64,000 bases of DNA, taken from the NCBI GenBank assembly GCA_000091205.1, contig AP006492.2. One strand, given 5' to 3'. Below are positions 1-8,428 of this stretch, one piece after another. The notes beneath the pieces are model-generated. The model saw only the letters and a list, made by a program, of their open reading frames with translations. It did not search any database and was not told the DNA's origin. Position 1 is the first letter of the stretch; each line of letters opens with the position of its first letter. Origin of the DNA: Cyanidioschyzon merolae (taxonomy: Eukaryota). The position numbers were made by a program, and so were the translations under genes.

Positions 1-18
1 CCCCCCATTCCCCCATTC
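1..18. repeat. Two degenerate units of CCCCCCATT (complement AATGGGGGG); telomere-type repeat remnant at the window edge
   Basis: Sequence begins ccccccatt cccccatt, followed by a more degenerate ccccatt. AATGGGGGG is, to my recollection, the telomere repeat of Cyanidioschyzon merolae. Only about 2 units are visible. Confidence 0.3.
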
Positions 19-169
19 GACGCAATGCCCCATTACTGCGGTGTTCTCAGAGCAAAAGCATCTGTCAGAGCGATGTCTACCAATCCAGGTTCGTTCGGGT
101 ATTTTTCCGGCGGTACGATCTGAGCAAATACGCATCTGTCTTATCTACATCCAGCACACCAGTGCCCTT

Positions 170-3100
170 ATGGATCTCCTTCCAGCGCTTTGCTTTTGTT
201 TGTTTCGACAGAGCCTGTTTTACTGACCAGACGCCGAGATTGCCGGATTGATACTTGTTTCGGAAAATCCTTCGTCACGCTGGACAATTTCGGTGATTTT
301 TGTCGCATTTACCTAATCTCGGCTGTACTGATTGTATCTGACTTTCTATCGTGCGCCGTTTACCTACCTTGAGCACCCGTTGTAGCCTCTCTATCGCCGC
401 TGTGGGTGCTCTCCGGAAGCAGGGCTGCTCTGACATACCACTGGGCGCGTTGGAAGGGGCTTGGTTCATGCTACATGGGATCAGGGAGATTTATTTTCTT
501 TGGAGCCTCCAAGCGGATCTTGCAGACGATTTGCATGCGGTAGCGTAAAACGGCGTACTATCTGTTCACCGCGACGGTGTTAGCGCTCAGACGCAGCATG
601 CCTGCTCCTAGTCCCGAAATTAATTGCGTTTTGGATGAGTTGCCCAAGTGTCTCATATCACTCTCCACTGAAAGTCACACGGAGGGCAGGCCGGTAGTCT
701 CGCGGCACGCAGACCTTCCGATTAAATGTAACACTTTGACCATACGCGAAATCATCTTCTTTACGTTTACACTAGGTTGCAATAGTACTTGCTATCCTGT
801 TTGTGCATATTGGTTAATTTTTTTGCATTTTCTCTGTCGTGCGTCCTGGTAACGCATCGCGAAATCTGGCCGTCACGTCACCCAACGTGCGCCTCTCCGA
901 TCAAGAAAAACGCGGTAATGACCTCTTCTGGAGCGACTGCTCTATCGGGGCCACTTGTATTTGCGATCGAATCGTAGCAAAGTATAGTTTTGGCTTCAGT
1001 GGCGTTCCAATCTTAAAGTAACTCTATTCACCAGATTCTCGCCGTTCAAAGCAGAAGCGTCCAATGAGATGTTCTCCCAAAAAATCTGACACTTATGTAG
1101 TATGATGTAGTGGGTTTGGGGTGGCCGGTGCTGCCGGGTGTCAGAATGAAATGAGACATATTGCCTAGCGAAGAGGGTCAGGAAAAGAAGAAGAAGCAAC
1201 ATGGGGGGCCTTACATCGAAGGCCGAAATTGTGACTTCTGTACGACAAGATGGTGGTGGAATCTTATCTTCTCCAACATATCAATGATCCGTACGACTGA
1301 TTGTTGCGAGACGCTATCAGAAACCGTGGCGGATCGTAGGCCGGGTATGTTTGGAGCTTTTCTTTAGGACGTTGGCATTTGGACAGCGACCTGCATCGGG
1401 ACGTAACGCTTATTGCGAAAATGATGTTTCCGGAAAAATTTTTCCAAAAGACTTTCATCAACTACCTGATTGTTTTTAATGGGAAAACATCGGGGATAAG
1501 TGAGCGAGTGCATGCCTTTCTCAAAAATTACGCCAAATTCCTCGTCTTCCGTGCTGAACACAGGGGTGACGCAGACATTTACGAATACAGGGCAAAGAGG
1601 TGCCTTATGAATGTGAGGAACCATAAAATGGCAAACCTCGATTGTTTCATGATACGCGTCGTCTTTGTGCTGTACCCGGGCACATTTCGCGAAGTGATGC
1701 TTGCAATCATCGATGGTATGAAGAACGATCGCCAGCATGGACAGGAGATCAGACTCGTCGACAAGAGGACATCACGCAGGATAATGAATGATGCTTCTGT
1801 AATTCGCGCCACTATTCTAAAACATCGTTCGGTCTTGGGTCATGTCAACCCAAGAGAAAACTCTCGGATATGAGAAACGACGGAGAGAGTTGTTACTCCC
1901 TCATCCTGCCCTGCTTCATGTTTTCGGTCCGAGACCTCGACCGCAGAGCCGACATGGGGCTGAGTGAGGAAAAAATGACGAGTGGGAGAAACGACATTGA
2001 AGTCTTCTCCAGATGCGCTTCAATGTCGGTCAGTTATGCGAGTCCAAGTCACATTTTGTGAGTAACCACTCCATAGTACTTCACGACTTCACGATAGAGA
2101 TTTGTCCAGAGCTCGATGTAATCAACAAATAGGTCTCCGGTGAAGATCGGGACGCCTACGAGAAGAATATCTTCGATTTCAAGCGTCCCGAACCGGCCAA
2201 AAAAAGTTTATTCACTGGAACAATCGATCTCGATGTGGCGCACATATGTGTACACCATCAGCGGTTGAAGGCAGCTCGTCCTATCCCGTCTTCGTTACGG
2301 GCGTTGCCGAAGAACGAACACAGGTTGACGGGCTATGGAACGTATAAGCCCCATGAAAACCACTTTGGCGTCGGCCTTAGTCCCTGGTGCACGAATATCA
2401 TAACCATCGCTGTTCCTAAGCGAAGGGAAGATTGCACTGACTGCACCTTACGTCACAAACATATGCTTCTGCTGAGGTTTTCGAGAGAGAGATACAATCG
2501 AGAATCCGGTATAACGAATGCAAGGAAGAAGATGGTTACGTGGAATGTAGGAATGAAGGATCACCTGGAAGCTTTGAGCGTGGTGACGAGCTGACGAGCG
2601 GACATTCAAGCTTTTCTGAAATTCATGGAAGTTCGTGTTGCTCATTCCGTGGCGCTGTAGGGCGAGTATACAAAGCACCGCTGGGCACGTTTGCGTATGA
2701 ATCTGTGCCGTGGTAAGCATCACGCATTCGCGAGCTTTTTCAATCGATTGAACGCCTTGAAATAGGATCAAGTCAGAGGCTCGTTGTTACATATGGTGTA
2801 GGGAGCTGGGCTCCGAAAAAAAGGGACTCCACCAGCTCCAACGGCAGGAATGGGCAAGGAGTGCGCACTGGGTCTCGCTACGGTACCTGTGGGTGGGTTC
2901 CGAACATCGTATACACACCACGAGTTGGGATGTACTCTTCAGAAGATGGAGATTGAAAAGTGCCCGCGGAGTCGTCATGATATAAAAAAGTAAGGGATAG
3001 CTGACGGGAGAGGAAATGGAAAGGAGGGAAGAAGCTCGTGGACTACTTGCATTAGTAAGTACGACTACCATCGGCAAGAAACGTATGGAGTTCGCGAACC

Positions 3101-3375
3101 GAGTCTTTAACGCTGCAATCAATCTACGGAGATGTGCGGGAATAGACAAAAGACTCCCAGCGGTGACACGAGAGTCCATTGTTGGACAACCTCTTAAACT
3201 GGAACTATATGAGAAACAATGGTGTCCGCAGTAGGTGGCCGGTCGAAAAAGGCGGGAAGGCGTCTGCACGTCAGTTGGCGACTTCTTGTCTAGGGCGCGG
3301 TTGCCGCCACTACTGTACACTGTCGGCAGCAACGTTTTTGTTTCGAAAGATGTTTGTTGTCGTCGGCTGCGGTGG
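170..3375 (+). mobile_element. Fanzor/TnpB-like element, copy A (most degenerate of the three long copies)
   Basis: Collinear DNA similarity to copies B and C over the left end, the ~1 kb non-coding leader, the decayed nuclease ORF and the 3' conserved block (ggcgtctgcacgtcagttgg ... ctagggcgcg ... gccgccactactgtacac). Boundaries are approximate (+/-30 bp), judged by loss of inter-copy similarity. Confidence 0.6.
1199..3330 (+). pseudogene. Fanzor/TnpB-like RuvC nuclease pseudogene (copy A); multiple frameshifts, an internal deletion and an in-frame TAG
   Basis: ATG at 1199 in Kozak-like context (aagaagaagcaacATGG), conserved with copy C. Fragments in three frames match copies B and C: RFNVGQLCESKSHF, TNIITIAVPKR (RuvC-I region), FRTSYTHHELGCTLQ, RMEFANRVFNAAINLRRCAG (RuvC-III). 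In-frame TAG at 2658-2660 where copy B has TGG. Confidence 0.55.
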
Positions 3376-4508
3376 TCTTACGAGACGTTTCGGTCTCAGA
3401 AGCTCTAGCCGACGCTTCCAAGACACTGCAATACCGTTCTGCTTTTGAAGCATAACCACAATAGCTGCGTACGGAACGTCTCGGTGCAAGTTTGCGGAAG
3501 GCAGGGCTTCCGAAGGAGCGCTGCATCAGCGCCTGTGCTGCATAGAGCGAAACTTTGTACCAGAATTTCTGGGACGCGAGAGGGACGTCAGAGAAGCTGG
3601 AGGCACATTCCTGTTCACTAGAAGCGCTGACGCGACTCGGACGTTTCGGCACGATTTCGCCTCTACCGCACTGAAGCGCTTGTGCAGCCGCTCTCAAGGC
3701 AGAAGCTGTGCCATCATACCTACCTCAGGGTATTCGGTTCGTTCCACTTGCATCGTTAGGTCACTGTTCGTACGTCGCTTTAAGGGTTTTATTCGTCGCC
3801 CATGCGTGCTGATGCACACTTCCGGCTCGTGTTTTCCAGATCCATACGCATAGAGCAAAGTCTGTCACGGTCATACTCGGAAACTAAGCCTTCGGCGCCG
3901 CGCCCAGGTTCGTGGAGCGTTGCGATGCCGTCCAGCCAACATCAGTGAACGTTAAATCATGGCATACTTTTATCCTGCGGTTTAGGATGGTTGACCTGAA
4001 CCAGGGAATCTCGGGTCAGGCGCGATACATATCGGCATCCGGGTAAGCGTACGTTATGCCGTACCAGACCCGCAACTTTCGCCAGCTTTCATCCACGCAT
4101 CGCTTTGGAGAATTTTGAGTCAGTTGATTTGATCCTTGTTCGCTGTTGCGGATGCGAACTCCAGCACATCCGGTATCCATGACACGACTAGCAGGTTTCA
4201 ATGATGATAGTAGGCGAACGCTACTCTGCAGCTGCAATTCTGGTGCCACCTTGTCCTTCAGCAATGCTGTCCATTTGGAACAAGCTCGCCGAGATGGTTA
4301 CGGACGCTCCCCTCCACACCTTTTGTACGGTGCCAAGACCTACCAGTTTGGCATAGGTATCCAGCATATCTCAGTCCTCCTTGTCCATCCGCTTATTTTG
4401 AGTACAGACCGAGCACGCTTGTGCAGAGCCCGCACTTCGACGAGGCATTTGATTAACGTCCCTGTAAACGATGCGCATCCAACGCGTTACCATGCGCAGG
4501 CAACATGC

Positions 4509-5585
4509 TCAAGATGCTTTCTTCGGCGTGCTCTGGAGTGCCTCTATACTGGATTGGAGGTCTTCTTTCTCGTCACTTTCCATGAACGGCAGTATTTGTA
4601 GTACTTCAACGACACCATTCCGACCTAGCACACATGGCAACGACAAGAATACATCCGCCGACTCGAGGCCTCGCAACGAGCCCGCATGCGTCGTTATTGG
4701 CAGCACTTTGCGCCGATCATGCACAATCGTTGTAACGATGCTTCCAACAGCGCTGCCAATGGCCCAGTTGGTGTAGCCTTTCAGCTTAATGACCTCGTAA
4801 GCCGCGGCTACAACTTGCTGATGGACACCTTTCACCAGATCATAGAATGCTGTGGACGCGCTCGCAGCGTCGGTCATGCGCTCGAAGCATGTTCGCAACG
4901 GTACGCCACCAACCGTAATACCACTCCGGTACACGAACGAGGAGTCTCCGTGCTCGCCCAGTACCATGGCCTGGACGGAAGCGGTATCGATGCCCAGCCG
5001 CTGCGCCAGAAGTGTGCGGAAACGCGAAGAGTCCAAATATGTCCCTGAGCCAATCACACGTTCGCGGGGCAAGCCACTCATCTGCCACGCTAGATGTGTC
5101 AGTAGATCAACGGGGTTACTCACAACCAACAGGATTGTGTTCTGCGAATACTGCACCAGGGGCGGAATAATGCCTTTGAACAATGCGGCATTGCGATCCA
5201 TGAGCTCAAGACGACTTTCTCCGGGCCGCTGACGCACACCTGCCGTTATAATACATACTGCCGAATGTGCTGTATCCTCGTAGGACTCGGCAGCCCGGAT
5301 GCGGGTGCTGTAGAACGCACCTCCATGCTGCAAGTCCATAACTTGACCCTTGAGTTTGTCCTTGAGAACGTCCACCAGTACCAGCTCACTACAAATATCT
5401 CGGGTCAAAATATTATAGGCGCAAGCAACGCCAACGTCACCAGCTCCAACCACGGTGATGCGGACGGGGTACGAACGTGCAAGCGCCGCACCCGGCGTGT
5501 CGATCGCAGGCGAGACCTCCCCAAAGAGACTTCCCTGAAGCTCAGCCGCCGCCTCGTCGATCCCTGACGTCGTTCCAAAGAGCAC
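4509..5585 (-). CDS. L-lactate dehydrogenase (LDH/MDH superfamily, LDH-type)
   Basis: 358 aa single ORF with Rossmann motif VVGAGDVG. The segment TAGVRQRPGESRL aligns to LDH Q102...R109. IGSGTYLDSSRFR and VLGEHGDSS are LDH signatures (catalytic His in EHGDS). Stop codon is TGA. Confidence 0.85.
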   Translation of the reverse strand: MLFGTTSGIDEAAAELQGSLFGEVSPAIDTPGAALARSYPVRITVVGAGDVGVACAYNILTRDICSELVLVDVLKDKLKGQVMDLQHGGAFYSTRIRAAESYEDTAHSAVCIITAGVRQRPGESRLELMDRNAALFKGIIPPLVQYSQNTILLVVSNPVDLLTHLAWQMSGLPRERVIGSGTYLDSSRFRTLLAQRLGIDTASVQAMVLGEHGDSSFVYRSGITVGGVPLRTCFERMTDAASASTAFYDLVKGVHQQVVAAAYEVIKLKGYTNWAIGSAVGSIVTTIVHDRRKVLPITTHAGSLRGLESADVFLSLPCVLGRNGVVEVLQILPFMESDEKEDLQSSIEALQSTPKKAS

Positions 5586-7774
5586 AGTTCCACGATTTGC
5601 TTCCTTGCCAGACAGATCCTCGAAAAAGTCCGACTACAGGTTTCAGATCGCCCGAGCTGCGGTGCAGGGTTGTTTCCAGCACTGGTGCCGAGATCGCTAC
5701 AAACCCGTGATCGTTTTGTTCTCCAGCACTATAGGCCTCGCCAAAACTAGGTACAGTGCTCTTTGATAACACAGCTGTCGGATCCACGAAGGTATTGCTT
5801 TAAGTCAGAGGGAACGCTCGAGACTGAGCGCCCCGAATAAATCATGCTATCCGTTGAGGACACAAAGATGCACTTGAGGGCTTTCGCGATCGCCCAGAAG
5901 CGCCTTCCGGAGATTCGATCCAGAGCGATGCGCGTCTCGATGACGAGTCCGCCTCGGGGCGTTTTTTTCTTTTTGATGAAAAAACGTTTGCATTGACAAT
6001 GCATCCCAGAATTTGGAACGCACGATGGCTTCCGGGGATATCTCGATCATAGTGCACCTGTCCTCAAGTCCCATTATCCATACTACCTCTCTGATATATT
6101 GGTCGTTTCGTATGTTCTATCGAGCGCCGAGCCTGTTGTGAGCACCCGCTGTAGCGCTTATACCGCTGAAGCAGGTGCTGCACAGAGACAGAACGGCTTT
6201 GCCATACCACTAAGGGCGTCCGCTCGAGGAATGATTCACCTGAAACGGAATCAGGGCTATTTGTCATTCTGGGAACATGCAAAATGCGCAGACAGACCTA
6301 CTACCTGCGACAGCGCGAAGTGCTGTACTAGGATTCCACTGCGACCAGTGCGAGGCCCAACGCAGCGTCCTGTGCATATTCTCAGGATAAAATGCGTTGT
6401 GAACGAGCTGCGCAGGTCTTGCAGCAGCAGCAGCAGCAGCGGCAGCGGCCACTTTAGAGGCATACCGAGCTCTAGCCCGGTAGACTCGACCGGCTCGCGG
6501 GACCTTCCGCCTCGAACATAAGCTTCCGATAATACGGCGATCTATTTCCCCTTAAACGCTTATCGTAGAGCGGGAAAAAATTTTATATCGTTTCTTGTAA
6601 ATCGTAGGTCACTGTCCTTTTTCCTGTATGGCGCGCTCGATACGTGCATCTCCAAGTATGGCACTTACGAGACACGACGCATCTGTCGCCTTTGAAGAGA
6701 AACGCGACCGTGACGACACGTTTTCTTGATGTTCTAACGGGCAAGCTGTATTTGCGTGGAAGTCGTAACAAAATATAGTTTCCAGTTCGATTGTGTCTCA
6801 ACCCTCAAGTAAACATATTCAATTGATTTCTCGCAGTATATAATAGAAGGGTTCAAAGAGCGTTCTTTTTCACACAAAAAAATGAAAAGAAAAGCTATGA
6901 AAAAGCAAGTTGACGATCCTGGAGGCCCAGTGTCGCCTGCTGCCAGAAATAAAAACAAAAAACAGAGCCGAGTCCAGAAGAACAGGAAAAGAAGAAGAAG
7001 CAAAAGGGGAGGCCCTAAGTCGAAGGCGGCAAGAAAGACGACTGTTCGACGAGATGATGGTGAAAGCCTGTCTTCTTAAACAAATCAAGCATCCTTACAG
7101 GGAAAATTTGCGAGACGCTATCAAAAAACGATTCGATTCGTACTCCATTGGTATTTTCAAGGCGTTGTCAAGACTGATGCATTTGGCGAGGGAGATGTAC
7201 GAAAACGTGGCGCACTTGGAAACGGTCGAGATTCCGGACGATTTTTTCGGTAAGACATTTATTCGACACCTAATGCTTGGCACAGCGGAAACGCGGAGGG
7301 AAAATGTGCTAGTGCATGGCCTTTACGAAAAACATCCCCTCTACAGCTTCAACAGTACTCTGTACAGGGGTGATTCGAATGTTTACGTATAAGGGGCGAC
7401 GAAGTACATCACGAAACTGTGGTTCACGTGATCGTGAAACTCGAACGTTTCATGATACGCGCCGTGTTTGCGCTGTACCCGGGTATCTCTCGCAAAGGAA
7501 TATGGGAGATTATCAACGGCATCAAGAACGATCGCAAGCATGAAGGTGAAGTCGAATTCGTCGACACGAAGGCGTTTAACGACAGCACGAATGATACTTC
7601 TGTAATCCATTCGGTTATACAAGAGCACCGTGCAATCTTGGGGCCGGCGAATCCAACAGACAAGACATCAGAGTTGAAAAAAGATAAGGAAAGATACTAT
7701 CGTCTTATTCTGCGCTATTTCATGTTTCTCGACCGAGAACTCGAGCGAAATGCGGAGATGAAGCTGAGTGAAGA

Positions 7775-7781
7775 AAAAAAG
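7775..7781 (+). other. Candidate -1 programmed ribosomal frameshift site: slippery heptamer A_AAA_AAG at the junction of upstream and downstream reading frames of the copy-B nuclease gene
   Basis: Frame-0 codons are gaa|aaa|aag (7773-7781). The downstream conserved frame (frame 2) opens after TGA at 7769-7771 and codes EDWERRKAVLMGKRFNVVPM, conserved with copy C (EELGRRKAAIVGKRF). The upstream frame ends at TAA 7809-7811. Copies A and C change frame by -1 at the same place. Confidence 0.35.
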
Positions 7782-8128
7782 AAGATTGGGAGAGACGGAA
7801 GGCTGTCCTAATGGGTAAGCGCTTCAACGTGGTTCCAATGTGCAGCATCAAGTCACATTTCGTGAATATCGATTCGGACGTGTTTTACGGCATCATGAAG
7901 GAGATCAGTCCAGTGTTCACTGTTATCAGGGATGACTTCACCGGTGAAAACCGGGCGACGTACTTGAAGAACATCTTCAATTTCAAACGGCTCAAAGTGA
8001 GAAGCCAAAAGGTATTCACTGCGTTGATCGAGACCGATGGAGTAACCTTGTATGTACACTATCGGCGCTTGAAAGTGGACCGTCCGATTGTGCCTTTCGC
8101 TTCGCCCTCTGCGAAGCATTAAAAAATC

Positions 8129-8428
8129 AAAGAAGCGGATCCTGCGACACAGGAGGTGCAGGATGACGACTTTGTCGCTGACGCGGTGAAGGATGAAAAA
8201 GAGAAAGAGGCGGAACCTGTGATGCAGAAAGTGCAGGATAACGACCGTGTCGTTGGCGCGGTGAAGGATGAAGGTCAGAAGGAGGCGGATCCTGCCGAAC
8301 AGAATGTGCAGGATAACGACTTAATGGTTGACGCGACGAGGCATCAAGGAAAGAAAGAGGCGGATCCTGCCATACAGGAAGTGCAGGATAAAGACATTGT
8401 GGTTGGCGCGGATCCTGGGAACACGAAT
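8129..8428 (+). repeat. In-frame 75-bp tandem repeat, 4 units, inside the copy-B nuclease ORF just upstream of RuvC-I
   Basis: Units encode KEADPATQEVQDDDFVADAVKDEKE / KEAEPVMQKVQDNDRVVGAVKDEGQ / KEADPAEQNVQDNDLMVDATRHQGK / KEADPAIQEVQDKDIVVGADPGNTN. Copy C has a single unit (YEKEADPAIQKLQDSDFVVGLNPWNTN). Confidence 0.8.

Noticed and set aside
1-190. Extending element copy A to the window start, or calling an rRNA/tRNA in the 5' flank
   Set aside because: Similarity to copies B and C begins only around 170-190. Nothing in 1-170 resembles structured RNA genes by inspection; only the short C-rich telomere-like units stand out.
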